Shown in pieces: positions 22,059 through 33,301 of a DNA stretch of 64,000 bases; the first letter of the stretch is position 1; each line of letters starts with the position of its first letter. The position numbers and the translations under genes were made by a program. The DNA is from an uncultured Methanoregulaceae archaeon (GTDB taxonomy: Archaea > Halobacteriota > Methanomicrobia > Methanomicrobiales > Methanospirillaceae): contig CAVTTL010000001.1 of NCBI GenBank assembly GCA_963737635.1, forward strand, positions 896,001 through 960,000, read 5' to 3'. The notes under the pieces are model-generated. The model had not been told where the DNA came from, made no database searches, and worked only from the letters and a program-made list of their open reading frames with translations.

Positions 22059-23147
22059 ATGGACAGGGCTCTCTCAACTATCCTCTCTGATGCAGCAGGC
22101 GGGAACCGGATCAGCGAAAAGGATGCGATGCGCCTTTTTGCCACACAGGATCGCGATGTCTGGAAGATCGCCGCCGCCGCTGATGAAAAGCGGGAAAATA
22201 TCGCCGGTGACGCCGTAACCTATGTCCGCAACCAGAACATCAATGTGACTAACATCTGCATCAATGCCTGTGGGTTCTGCGGTTTTTCCAAGAAGCCGGG
22301 TGACGAAGGATCCTATTTCCACAATGAAGAGGTAATCCGGGAGAAAGCCGCCCTTGCAAAGTCCCGCAATGTTACTGAAATCTGCACGGTCAGCGGCCTG
22401 CACCCGGCATTTATCGCGCAGTCCTATATCGACGTCTACCGCTGGATCAGCGAAGCTGCGCCGGGAGTGCATCTCCACGCGAGCAACCCGATGGAGGTCG
22501 CCTATGCCGCGAGAAAGAGCGGGATCGATACAAAAGCGGTACTCACCGCGATGAAAGGGGCGGGTCTTGCTTCTATGTGCGGGACAGCTGCTGAGATCCT
22601 CGTCGATCCTGTCCGCGAGAAAATCTGCCCGCAGAAGATTTCGACTGCGGAATGGGCGCGTATCATCCGGGAGGCGCACCACATGGGTATTCCCACGACT
22701 GCGACCATCATGTACGGTCACTGTGAGAGTAATGCGGACCGGATACGCCACCTCGCCATCCTCAGAGAGATCCAAGATGAGACCCACGGGTTTACAGAAT
22801 TTGTCCCGCTTTCGTTCATCCACATGAATACACCAATCTTCCGGGAGGGGATAGCCCGGGCGGGAGCGACCGGCCGCGAAGATCTCCTGATGGTTGCGGT
22901 CGCGAGGCTCTTTCTGGACAATTTCAAAAATATTCAGGTCTCATGGGTCAAGGAAGGGATCAAGATGGCGCAGTTGGGCCTTCTCGCCGGCGCAAACGAC
23001 CTTGGCGGCACGATGTTCGAAGAGAGTATCTCCAAAGGGGCCGGAGCATCCAACACCGATTACCTCGATCCGGCCGAGATGCAGCGGATTGCAGAAGACC
23101 TTAGGCGGACGCTCTGCCGGCGTACAACTCTCTATCAGCTGGTCTGA
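22059..23147 (+). CDS. cofH: FO synthase subunit 2 (CofH), paralog 2
   Basis: VTYVRNQNINVTNICINACGFC, GTAAEIL, ATIMYGH, GANDLGGTMFEESIS, RTTLY. GGTGA RBS before ATG 22059. Confidence 0.92.
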   Translation: MDRALSTILSDAAGGNRISEKDAMRLFATQDRDVWKIAAAADEKRENIAGDAVTYVRNQNINVTNICINACGFCGFSKKPGDEGSYFHNEEVIREKAALAKSRNVTEICTVSGLHPAFIAQSYIDVYRWISEAAPGVHLHASNPMEVAYAARKSGIDTKAVLTAMKGAGLASMCGTAAEILVDPVREKICPQKISTAEWARIIREAHHMGIPTTATIMYGHCESNADRIRHLAILREIQDETHGFTEFVPLSFIHMNTPIFREGIARAGATGREDLLMVAVARLFLDNFKNIQVSWVKEGIKMAQLGLLAGANDLGGTMFEESISKGAGASNTDYLDPAEMQRIAEDLRRTLCRRTTLYQLV

Positions 23148-23205
23148 TCTTACCTCTTTTGCCCGGTATTTTTATTCTGGTGGATTCAACCGGTAAATCG
23201 GTACC

Positions 23206-23664
23206 ATGAGAAGAAAAGACCAGGAGATCACGGATCGCGGCATAATGGAATCGATCCTCAACAGTGCAGAGGTGTGCAGGATTGCACTAGCTGAGAAGAA
23301 TGAACCTTACCTCGTGCCGGTCTGTTTTGCGTACAAGGACAATGCGATTTATTTCCACTCTGCACCGGCGGGAAAAAAGATCGATATGCTGACCAAAAAC
23401 CCGCGCTGCTGTGTCGAGGTGGACAGCTCTTCCGGCCCAATCAAAAGAGACGATCCCTGCAGCTGGGAGATGCGATATATGAGTGTCATCTGTACCGGAA
23501 ACGCCCGGATCCTCACCGGATATAAGGAAAAATGTGCAGCGATGAACTGTATTCTGCGGCATTATGGCAGCCCGGAACACCCGTTTTCAGAAAAAGAGAT
23601 GGAAAGGGTTTGCCTGGTGAAGATCTCTCTTGACGGGATGACCGGGAAACACTACGGTTACTGA
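23206..23664 (+). CDS. Pyridoxamine 5'-phosphate oxidase-like flavin-binding protein (NimA family)
   Basis: MRRKDQEI, PYLVP, YFHSAPAGKK, YMSVICTG, MTGK. Confidence 0.85.
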   Translation: MRRKDQEITDRGIMESILNSAEVCRIALAEKNEPYLVPVCFAYKDNAIYFHSAPAGKKIDMLTKNPRCCVEVDSSSGPIKRDDPCSWEMRYMSVICTGNARILTGYKEKCAAMNCILRHYGSPEHPFSEKEMERVCLVKISLDGMTGKHYGY

Positions 23665-23758
23665 GGGCGGCTCTTTTCAATCGTGATGGGGGAGAAGCAG
23701 CTGGACGATCTTGTCTCCCCGCTCTTGTTGCATACGCCAGGCCTTTGTATTCTTCATA

Positions 23759-24647
23759 CTATTCCCTCTTCCGTACCGGATTCCTTGCATCACAAGGAAC
23801 GCCGGTCTGGCACAACCCGCATCCATAATCATCGATGCCAAACTGCTTTTTTACGTACGGACTGGTGATGCCCATCAGGTACGCATGGCATAATCCCTTG
23901 TCGTGTCCCTTTTCCGAGATTGCCCCCGCTGGGCAGCGCACGATACATTTTCCGCAGGTGTCGTGCGTGGAGTGCAAGCAATATGCATGAGGATCGGTAT
24001 AAGGTCTGGGAGTTGGTGGAACCACGATACGCGCAATGACCGAGCCACAGCGCATGGCTTTGCCCTTTTGGGTGATCAGACCGTCGCAGAGGCCAAATGT
24101 TCCCAGCCCGGACACATACGCGGCATGTCGTTCGGACCAGACTGAAGCAAATCCGTACTTCGGTGACACGCCAACCGAAAAGAACGGTGTGTATTGGGGT
24201 GCGACTGCAGTATATCCTGCATTCTTCAAGAGATCAACGACGTACTGGGAGAGTATCCTATCAAACGTGGATCCGTAATGCTTCGCCCGTGCCCACCGTT
24301 CGGAAGGCAGTGAAGTTTCCCTTGCGTTATCCGAAATGGTCGCCGGGATATTGGGCAGGATCCAGCTGATCACTGTGAGATCTTCTGCCTTGGCATCGGT
24401 TTCCGGAAAAGATTTCCTGAATATTTCTATCGGCATCATGAAGGGAGATCCGATATCCTTTTGAAGGAACTCGTACAGCGGGTCCGCCCCGTTTGAGAAC
24501 CCGATCAAGGGTTCATCGCAGGCCCGGTCATGCTCCGCATTCATGAGACTATTCTCAGGCGATGTCCGGCAGAACTCCCGGATGCTCCCGGTCAGCCAGA
24601 CAGCGGGATTATTCCCGGTATCGTGGTTCTCAGATTTCAGCTTTCAT
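23759..24647 (-). CDS. QueG/reductive-dehalogenase-like 4Fe-4S protein; apparent frameshift near 24636
   Basis: WSERHAAYVSGLGTFG, RCGS, CGKCIVRCP, CGLCQTGVPC. GAAGGAG RBS plus ATG at 24647 lies one base out of frame with the body. Confidence 0.75.
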
Positions 24648-24725
24648 AACTCCTTCACACTCATCGGGCACCCGCCCGTTCTGATACTATATTATTCATA
24701 GGTTCCGGCAGATAGGGCATGACTG

Positions 24726-25301
24726 TCACGTCGCGTCGTGGCTTGGAATAGTCGCATATTTTTTCTTTAAATGTTTTGGATACCAGATAGTGAAGATGAT
24801 CCCGCACACAAGGACGATATAGGTTGTTACCTGTACGTTCCCCCGGATAGTTCCCGGGACAACGAGCATGATCGCGCTCAGTCCGAGATTTACCAAAAAA
24901 ACCCCAGCCCATACACCCGTAATCAGGATATTAACCCGGATAAAGAAGGGATTCTCCCATAGTTTCTTATCAACCATTTCGCGTGCATACTGCAGGGTGA
25001 ATGGCATACCAACCAGGATCGATCCGATCGTGACTGCTGCAAGCGCCGCATAGATAAGGACTCCCATATACGGGATAACTCCCACAATGCCAAAGATACC
25101 GATTGCGATCAGAGCGCACCCGAACAACACGAGGTTTGCCCATATCAGGATCATACCTTTGCGCAGATCTGTCCACCCGATAACGATGGTAGCAACGGTT
25201 GCTGCCGCAAGTGCCATTGTGACGCTGAAGACGGAACTCCCGGCAAGGACACCATAGATGATCAAAGGGACAAAACCAAGGAACAGGCCGGCATTTCTCA
25301 T
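24726..25301 (-). CDS. Hypothetical integral membrane protein (about 6 TM)
   Basis: Hydrophobic 191 aa with PFTLQYARE and FIRVN..IT.VW; lies in an operon. Confidence 0.75.
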   Translation of the reverse strand: MRNAGLFLGFVPLIIYGVLAGSSVFSVTMALAAATVATIVIGWTDLRKGMILIWANLVLFGCALIAIGIFGIVGVIPYMGVLIYAALAAVTIGSILVGMPFTLQYAREMVDKKLWENPFFIRVNILITGVWAGVFLVNLGLSAIMLVVPGTIRGNVQVTTYIVLVCGIIFTIWYPKHLKKKYATIPSHDAT

Positions 25302-25316
25302 TATTCATCTCCGTAA

Positions 25317-26687
25317 TCATGCATTCCGGAGCACGCTCTCAAACGGCTGGATCATATGGTGTTTTATATCGGCGAACACTTTTTTCCGGAAACCGGGGAT
25401 TCGGGTAAGTGGGATGAGGATTGCATTAAATAATCGGGTCTTAAAGTCAGTCTGCGGAAAATCAAACATGCCGTGTTCTTTGAAGTACCGGTAATCTGCC
25501 TGGAATGCCAACCTTAAACTCCCGTAAATGCTATCACGGAATATTTTGTGGCCTCCGATCGCGTAGAAGGTATGCGGAGGTATGTAATCTATCTCTGCAC
25601 ATTGCAAAAGACGCGATGCCATGGCATCAAGCAGGGTATCAAGTTCCCTGGAACCTGAAACTTCGTCGGTAACAAATTGTCCATTACATCCGCCATTGTC
25701 GACCCACGCGGCAAGTGCCTCTTTCAGGTGAGGGATCTGGTGGAAGGGACCTGCGATTACAAACCCGATCTGTTTGCCTTTAAGACTTGGTGTATGCCCA
25801 TTGAAAAAACTCCGGTCGAAAAACTGCTTCCACGTCGATGAAAGATACCGGTCGTGTACCGAGCCTGCCATAATAATGATATCAGCAGGCACGAGTTTGC
25901 TTTTGAAAAAGTCAACATATCCATCGTTATAGATGCAGGTGTTATCATACCCGCACTGGCAGCACCCGAGACAGCCTCCCTTTATATTCAGGTCATGGAG
26001 ATTGATCAGCTCAACAGAACCGGAAAAATTCTCCGAAAGCCTGCCGGTCATCGTCGCGAGATTGGGTGAACTGCCATCGGAATCAGTGAGGATGGCAACC
26101 TTTTTTGCACCTGTTTTAACCGTTTTTTGCTGTGTACCTGGAACGTACGAAAAGACCGGCCAGACAAGGGGAGCGTTCTCCCGCTGGACCGGGATCTTTT
26201 CCTGAACTGCGGCAATGAGGAGAGACGCGAATTTCTCCAGACGCTTTTGCTCCTCGACCTTTAAGAGATCCCTCATCTCCGCGGAATAAAACCCGAGATA
26301 TTTCATCCCGAGATCGTCACTGATGGCATGGATGTAGGCATGAGCGGTCTGGTCGAAGAAATGGATCGATGTTGAAAGAGATGCAGAGTATGCCCCGGCG
26401 AATGCATCCTGTGCTTTTCGCTCAAAGATGAGTTCGATAAACCGCTTGTACTGGGAGCAGACGACGAGGTAATAGAGAGGGAATGCCCAGAGGACAATAT
26501 CTGCAGATCGGATGATTTCAAGAATGTTATTCCATGTCGCGGTATCCTTCTCAATCCTTTTGATCTCAGCTGCTACATTGAACACTTCATACGTATGGTC
26601 CGGGAATTTTTTCCGGATATAAGCAACATACTGCATTGTGACACTGACATCGCCTTTCGGGCTGCCATTCAACACAACAATTTTCAT
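25317..26687 (-). CDS. Tandem flavodoxin-fold NAD(P)H-dependent oxidoreductase / iron-sulfur flavoprotein-like
   Basis: N-domain LNGSPKG...FPLYY; C-domain with CLGCCQCGYDNTC and KQFFDR. Confidence 0.82.
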   Translation of the reverse strand: MKIVVLNGSPKGDVSVTMQYVAYIRKKFPDHTYEVFNVAAEIKRIEKDTATWNNILEIIRSADIVLWAFPLYYLVVCSQYKRFIELIFERKAQDAFAGAYSASLSTSIHFFDQTAHAYIHAISDDLGMKYLGFYSAEMRDLLKVEEQKRLEKFASLLIAAVQEKIPVQRENAPLVWPVFSYVPGTQQKTVKTGAKKVAILTDSDGSSPNLATMTGRLSENFSGSVELINLHDLNIKGGCLGCCQCGYDNTCIYNDGYVDFFKSKLVPADIIIMAGSVHDRYLSSTWKQFFDRSFFNGHTPSLKGKQIGFVIAGPFHQIPHLKEALAAWVDNGGCNGQFVTDEVSGSRELDTLLDAMASRLLQCAEIDYIPPHTFYAIGGHKIFRDSIYGSLRLAFQADYRYFKEHGMFDFPQTDFKTRLFNAILIPLTRIPGFRKKVFADIKHHMIQPFESVLRNA

Positions 26688-26731
26688 ACCGTTATTCCCC
26701 AAATTCCGTCTCGGATTTTTTTCATGATTAT

Positions 26732-26962
26732 TTATTCGTCGGGCTTACTTGCACTGTCAAGGATCTGCCGTGCGAATTCCTGGAGGGCATCTGCTTTCAC
26801 AAGCGCTATGCCGCGTTCCACGTCACCGAGCACCAGAAGGATATCCCCCTGCTTGATGTCGAAAATCTCCCGGGCTTCCTTTGGAATGACAATCTGCCCC
26901 CGTTCACCGACTTTCACGCTGCCAAAGAGGTATTTGGTTTTCTCCTTCCGTGGTGCGATCAT
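26732..26962 (-). CDS. AbrB/MazE/SpoVT family DNA-binding protein
   Basis: FGSVKVGERGQIVIPKEAREIFDIKQGD; 76 aa from MIAPRK. Confidence 0.88.
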   Translation of the reverse strand: MIAPRKEKTKYLFGSVKVGERGQIVIPKEAREIFDIKQGDILLVLGDVERGIALVKADALQEFARQILDSASKPDE

Positions 26963-26989
26963 ATCGCTTACAAGATCTTCTTCTCCACA

Positions 26990-27050
26990 TTTCATATTTT
27001 TCATACTTATCATATTTGTATGATTAATTGTATTTATCATTTTCTTTGTA
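26990..27050. promoter_or_regulatory. 9-bp-periodic TCATA/TTGTA array upstream of the abrB-like gene (putative operator)
   Basis: TCATA at 26992, 27001, 27010; TATGA at 27019; TTGTA at 27028; TCATT at 27037; TTGTA at 27046, next to a minus-strand TATA-like TTATATTTA. Confidence 0.55.
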
Positions 27051-27376
27051 ATAAATATAACAGGATGGAGAGATGTTGTACCTGGATCTCTCTGTCGATC
27101 AGGACGAAGTTTTCTTTTAAAATAGGTTTCCACTTTTGGAACGAGCGGCAAAAATCACCGAGGTAGTATTGAACAAATATCTATCTCTTTTACATTAAAC
27201 GGATAAATCCGCGAAGAATATGTGTGCATATGGACAGGCAAAAATCGGGCTAACCTGAATTTTGCAATTTTAACATCAGGGACTATCTGTCAAATGGATA
27301 AAGCCCGGAAAAATAACGCACGGAAAAATGCCCAGGTTAAAAGAATTATAAAAATGATGGATCTTTATCCTACGAT

Positions 27377-27932
27377 TTAATCGTGGTGGGGGAGCAGCAG
27401 CCGGACTATCTTGTCACCGGTCTTTTTGGCATGGGCAAGGGCTTTTTCATCGCTCATAATATCACCTTCGTCCGTTCCAATCCCGGTGACCGACCCCAGG
27501 GATGCAAATTCGTGGGCGTCAAGGAAGCCTTCTATCGTCTTAACTGCCCGTTCCGCACCAGCCGATGCGTTGACAGCTACTGCAATCCCCTTTCGGCCGG
27601 CTGAGCTTGCGCTCATGGTAAAGCGAGTACGTGCGGTCGATGAAATTCTTGAGCTGGCCGCAGACATCATAGTAATAGGTGGGTGACCCGATTACAAGCA
27701 CCTCGCACTCAAGCATCTTCTCAGCAATGCTTCCCCAGTCGTCTCCTTCAAGAGCGCACCAGTTCTTTTCTCTGCACTTCCCACAACCGATGCAGGGAAG
27801 GATCTTCTTGCCGGCAAGGGAGACAAATTCTGTTTTGATTCCTCCATCTTTGCACTGCCCTAGGATCACCTGGATGAGCTGGGCCGTGTTTCCCTCTTTT
27901 CGCATGCTGCCCGATATCCCGAGAACTTTCAT
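27377..27932 (-). CDS. Iron-sulfur flavoprotein (Isf)/flavodoxin family; apparent frameshift near 27602
   Basis: GISGSMRKEGNT, CIGCGKC..C, GSPTYY, LKNFIDR; continues as GRKGIAVAV in another frame. Confidence 0.85.
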
Positions 27933-28384
27933 AGGTTACCCCTCCCTTTTGGGATAATGATAGTTTTGATTCCGGAAGTGAGCCCAAGGCCGGCACATGC
28001 CGCAATGATCTCCTGCCCGGGGTCCTCATCTCGGTACAGAAGATGGGACGGGCAGTCGCAGTCGCTGCACCCGAATCCTGGTACTTCAGGTCCACTAAGG
28101 GCTTCTGCAAGCCGGCATTCGAGCCGTTCTGTAGTCGGGGCGGATACCGCGTACGCGACAGCAAACCGGGGATCCGTGAGCAGGTAATCGATATGCCATT
28201 TCGGCCGCTTGTCCCGGTGCTCTGCGAGACTGAGGTGTCGTTCGAGCCGCACAAGCCCCCCGGGCCCGAGAGCAGATCCGACGTAGCAGTGCCACCCTTT
28301 CGCAAACGAAAGGGGACCAAGCGCCCCGACCCACACCGTGCAGGCAGGATTTTTTAAAACGAGACAGTAGATCCCTTTATCCAT
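27929..28384 (-). CDS. DUF123 / GIY-YIG (Uri) superfamily nuclease
   Basis: KGIYCL, YVGSA, RLERH, WHIDYL, GFGCSDCDCPSHL. Confidence 0.87.
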   Translation of the reverse strand: MDKGIYCLVLKNPACTVWVGALGPLSFAKGWHCYVGSALGPGGLVRLERHLSLAEHRDKRPKWHIDYLLTDPRFAVAYAVSAPTTERLECRLAEALSGPEVPGFGCSDCDCPSHLLYRDEDPGQEIIAACAGLGLTSGIKTIIIPKGRGNL

Positions 28385-28979
28385 ACCCGGCCTTCATGAG
28401 CTGCCGGGCCGCTTCGATGTGCCGTTTTCCGCCACAGTCCACTGGCTGGCCATGACCCGGATACAGGCCCTCTACATCAAGCTCCCCGAGCCGGTCGAGA
28501 GATTTTTCCAGTGCCTGCCTGCTTCCCCCGGGGAAATCGAACCGGCCGAACGCACCGTCAGTAAACACCGTATCGCCGCTGATGAGTACCTTGTCCGGCG
28601 CAGAGTAGAGGCAGATGCTCCCCGGGGTATGGCCCGGGGTATGGATGACCCGAAGGCCGCCGATAGTGTCGCCATCGTTGAGGATGATATCCGGTGCAAT
28701 TCCGGGAGAACGGGAACCAAAGTGCATTGAAAGGCTTTTTGCATCCTCGACAAGCCCAGCGGCATCTTCATGGTGGATCGCGATCTTTGCCTTGCACATG
28801 TGGGCGATCTCTTTTACATGGGCGATATGGTCAAAGTGGCAGTGGGTCAGGACGATGGTATCGATCCCGGCCTTGTATTCCCTGATGGCCATCGGGAGAA
28901 GACCGGCGTCTACCAGGATATTTCCGAAAATATACGAGTTTGCAAACGCTCCCTGTTCGGGGATCCACCTGACCTTCAT
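28377..28979 (-). CDS. Metallo-beta-lactamase fold hydrolase (glyoxalase II-like)
   Basis: THCHFDH, HTPGHTPG, SGD, PGHG; start MKVRWIP. Confidence 0.9.
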   Translation of the reverse strand: MKVRWIPEQGAFANSYIFGNILVDAGLLPMAIREYKAGIDTIVLTHCHFDHIAHVKEIAHMCKAKIAIHHEDAAGLVEDAKSLSMHFGSRSPGIAPDIILNDGDTIGGLRVIHTPGHTPGSICLYSAPDKVLISGDTVFTDGAFGRFDFPGGSRQALEKSLDRLGELDVEGLYPGHGQPVDCGGKRHIEAARQLMKAGYG

Positions 28980-29013
28980 GCACAATAATAAAGCATCCCA
29001 ACAGATGTTTGTT

Positions 29014-30294
29014 ATGGATGTGCTAATCCGCAGCTGCTCTTCCGGTGTTCCCGAAAACGTCGCAGAAGTAGCACGGGCGGAGGGCATGGACCCTGAGAAG
29101 ATGGCCCGGCGGATCGCTGCCGGGCGGATCGTGATCCCGGTAAACCCAAAGCGCCGGCACCGTTCCTGTGCCATCGGGCAGGGATGCACTGTCAAGGTAA
29201 ATGTGAATGTAGGGACCTCCGGCACCAGGTGCGATCTCTCGCTCGAGGAGAAGAAGGCCCAGGCTGCGCTCGATAACGGTGCCGATGCAATCATGGATCT
29301 TTCGACCGGAGGTGATCTTGTCGCAATCCGGAAAAAGATGCTTGCTCTTGACACCATGATCGGGACAGTACCGGTCTACGAAGCAGTCCGACGGGCGGGA
29401 AACGCGGCCGATGTGGACAGCGACCTGCTTTTTAAGGTCATCCGGGAACATTGCGAACAGGGCGTGGATTTTCTAACGCTTCACTGCGGGGTAAACCGGC
29501 AGGCACTCGACGCCCTCCGGCATGATCCGCGCCTGATGGGAGTGGTAAGCCGGGGCGGAACCTTCCACTGCGCGATGATGATGCTCCGTGACGAGGAAAA
29601 TCCGCTTTTTTCCGAATTCGATTATCTGTTAGAGATACTGGGGGAGTACGATGTCACGATCAGCCTTGGAGACGGGATGCGGCCTGGCTGTTTGCATGAC
29701 GCAGGCAAACTCGCAAAATCCGTGGAGTACGTGACGCTCGGGACGCTTGCAAAACGTGCACTGGCAAAGGGCGTACAGCGGATGATCGAAGGGCCGGGCC
29801 ATATGCCGTTCGACCAAGTGGGCTACAACGTGCGGATGATCAAGGAGATCACCGATCATGCACCTCTCTACCTGCTCGGGCCTATAGTGACTGACATTGC
29901 GCCGGGCTACGACCATGTAGTCGCGGCAATCGGTGGTGCGGAAGCCTGCCGGAACGGGGCAGATTTCCTCTGCATGGTCTCGCCAAGCGAACACCTCGCA
30001 TTGCCGGATGTCGAAGATATCATCGAGGGAACCCGGGTTGCGAAGATCGCGGCACATGTGGGGGATATAGTCCGGCGCCACGAGGGATTCAGGATGGAGC
30101 GCGAGGTGCAGATGGCAGAGGCCCGGCACCGGCTTGATTGGGACGCCCAGTTTCGTCTTGCCCTGTACGGCGATCACGCACGGGTGATCCACTGCCGTGA
30201 CGGGGAGACGGATACCTGCTCGATGTGCGGGGACTTCTGCGCGATCAAAATGGTTCGGGAACTGTTCGAAGGAAAGGATAATAATCGAAAGTAA
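29014..30294 (+). CDS. thiC: Phosphomethylpyrimidine synthase ThiC family radical SAM enzyme (short archaeal type)
   Basis: KVNVNVGTS, MDLSTGG, GTVPVY, VSRGG, SLGDGMRPG, EGPGH, APGYDH, EHLALP, CSMCGDFC. Confidence 0.85.
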   Translation: MDVLIRSCSSGVPENVAEVARAEGMDPEKMARRIAAGRIVIPVNPKRRHRSCAIGQGCTVKVNVNVGTSGTRCDLSLEEKKAQAALDNGADAIMDLSTGGDLVAIRKKMLALDTMIGTVPVYEAVRRAGNAADVDSDLLFKVIREHCEQGVDFLTLHCGVNRQALDALRHDPRLMGVVSRGGTFHCAMMMLRDEENPLFSEFDYLLEILGEYDVTISLGDGMRPGCLHDAGKLAKSVEYVTLGTLAKRALAKGVQRMIEGPGHMPFDQVGYNVRMIKEITDHAPLYLLGPIVTDIAPGYDHVVAAIGGAEACRNGADFLCMVSPSEHLALPDVEDIIEGTRVAKIAAHVGDIVRRHEGFRMEREVQMAEARHRLDWDAQFRLALYGDHARVIHCRDGETDTCSMCGDFCAIKMVRELFEGKDNNRK

Positions 30295-30309
30295 AGGTCA
30301 GTATTGAAA

Positions 30310-30744
30310 CTAGTCCTTTTTCTGGCCGGTTACCATTCCGACAATTTCTGCCCTGCTGACAGGTATCGTCCGGGAAAATCGTACCGGCTTTGAGATCAAC
30401 AGGAACGTTACTACCGCTGTTCCTTCGATCGTCACTTCTATCCCTCCCTTGATGATCAGTGCTGCAAACGCTCCGGCAAGTGCTGTATTGTGCGATGTAA
30501 CCAGGATTCGAATCACGGTTGAAGACCGGGCCGGGATCTTCGCGCTTCCGGTGTTTCCCGTCCCGATCTGAAGGTTATCGCCGTCTTTCAGGTACATGAC
30601 GGTAAAAGGACATTCCTGTAAGTCAGCACCCAACGGGTTGGGATTCTCCACACGGATCACCACCTCGAGATCGAGAGTCGAGAATGAAACGTTCTGGATC
30701 GATACACCTTCGAGCGTTACGACAGGGTCGGCAAGGATAGACAT
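30310..30744 (-). CDS. LEA type 2 / WHy domain protein
   Basis: VENPNP motif in a beta-rich 144-aa protein. Confidence 0.78.
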   Translation of the reverse strand: MSILADPVVTLEGVSIQNVSFSTLDLEVVIRVENPNPLGADLQECPFTVMYLKDGDNLQIGTGNTGSAKIPARSSTVIRILVTSHNTALAGAFAALIIKGGIEVTIEGTAVVTFLLISKPVRFSRTIPVSRAEIVGMVTGQKKD

Positions 30745-30801
30745 CCTACAAACCTTGGGAACGTAACGGGATAATCCTGCCCACGCGGGTATTCCTGTGT
30801 C

Positions 30802-31194
30802 TTACTTCGCTGCCAGTTTCAGGATACGGATTGCGAGATGTGCCGCGTTGTCGCCATTGTCGACACCCACGCACGCGACCGGCACGCCCTTTGGCATCTG
30901 GACGATCGAAAGAAGGGCATCAAAGCCATTCAGGGTCCCGCTGACCGGTACTCCTATAACGGGCTTGTTGGTCTTTGATGCGATAACACCGGGCAGTGCC
31001 GCAGAGAGCCCGGCAATGGCGATATAGACCCTGCATGCAGAGTTTTTGATATAGGCATCCAGCTTATCCGGGTCGCGGTGGGCTGAGATTATCTCGTAGT
31101 CCCAGGAGATCCCGTGCTCATCGAGAACCTTCTTTGCCTTATCGGCAATCGCGGCATCGGAAGCCGATCCGCAGATGATTGCTACGTCTGTCAT
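30802..31194 (-). CDS. purE: AIR carboxylase / N5-CAIR mutase
   Basis: [35 protein letters not shown]. Confidence 0.93.
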   Translation of the reverse strand: MTDVAIICGSASDAAIADKAKKVLDEHGISWDYEIISAHRDPDKLDAYIKNSACRVYIAIAGLSAALPGVIASKTNKPVIGVPVSGTLNGFDALLSIVQMPKGVPVACVGVDNGDNAAHLAIRILKLAAK

Positions 31195-31217
31195 AAACGC
31201 CATCCAAACTTATATCC

Positions 31218-31235
31218 AGTATATATAAATATACT
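31218..31235. promoter_or_regulatory. Palindromic bidirectional TATA element between purE and the aminotransferase-rib operon
   Basis: AGTATAT-ATAA-ATATACT, a perfect 7-bp inverted repeat in a 55-bp divergent spacer. Confidence 0.5.
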
Positions 31236-31249
31236 ATTGGCAGATCCAC

Positions 31250-32838
<1,589 letters not shown>

Positions 32839-32881
32839 GCCTATCTACAGATTTATGTGGATGCAAACAAGATGATCAACT

Positions 32882-33301
32882 ATGTGTGACACAAAACCGA
32901 TAAAACTGGGATTTGTTGTTGCGGAGTTCAACCGCGACATCACCTACATGATGGAGATCGAGGCGCGGGAACATGCCGCGTTTCTCGGTGCAGAAGTGAC
33001 CGACTGCCTGTACGTGCCGGGTGCCTTTGACATGCCGCTTGCCATAAAAAAGATGCTCGCAGCAGGAAAAGTCGATGCGGTCGTTACCGTTGGCTGCGTC
33101 ATCGAAGGGGCGACGCAGCACGATGAGATTGTCGTGCAGCATGCAGCCCGGAAAATCATCGACCTCTCACTTGAGTTCGGTAAGCCCGTAGCCCTTGGCA
33201 TTTCCGGACCCGGCATGAGCCGGCTCGAGGCAAATGAGCGGATTGATTATGCGAAGCGCGCCGTGGAATCTGCCGTAAAAATGGTTAAAAGATTACAATG
33301 A
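32882..33301 (+). CDS. ribH: 6,7-dimethyl-8-ribityllumazine synthase
   Basis: [30 protein letters not shown]. Confidence 0.93.
   Translation: MCDTKPIKLGFVVAEFNRDITYMMEIEAREHAAFLGAEVTDCLYVPGAFDMPLAIKKMLAAGKVDAVVTVGCVIEGATQHDEIVVQHAARKIIDLSLEFGKPVALGISGPGMSRLEANERIDYAKRAVESAVKMVKRLQ

Noticed and set aside
27125-27142. GTTTCCACTTTTGGAAC resembling an ORB element
   Set aside because: Single copy, wrong internal spacing, no G-string and no initiator gene nearby.
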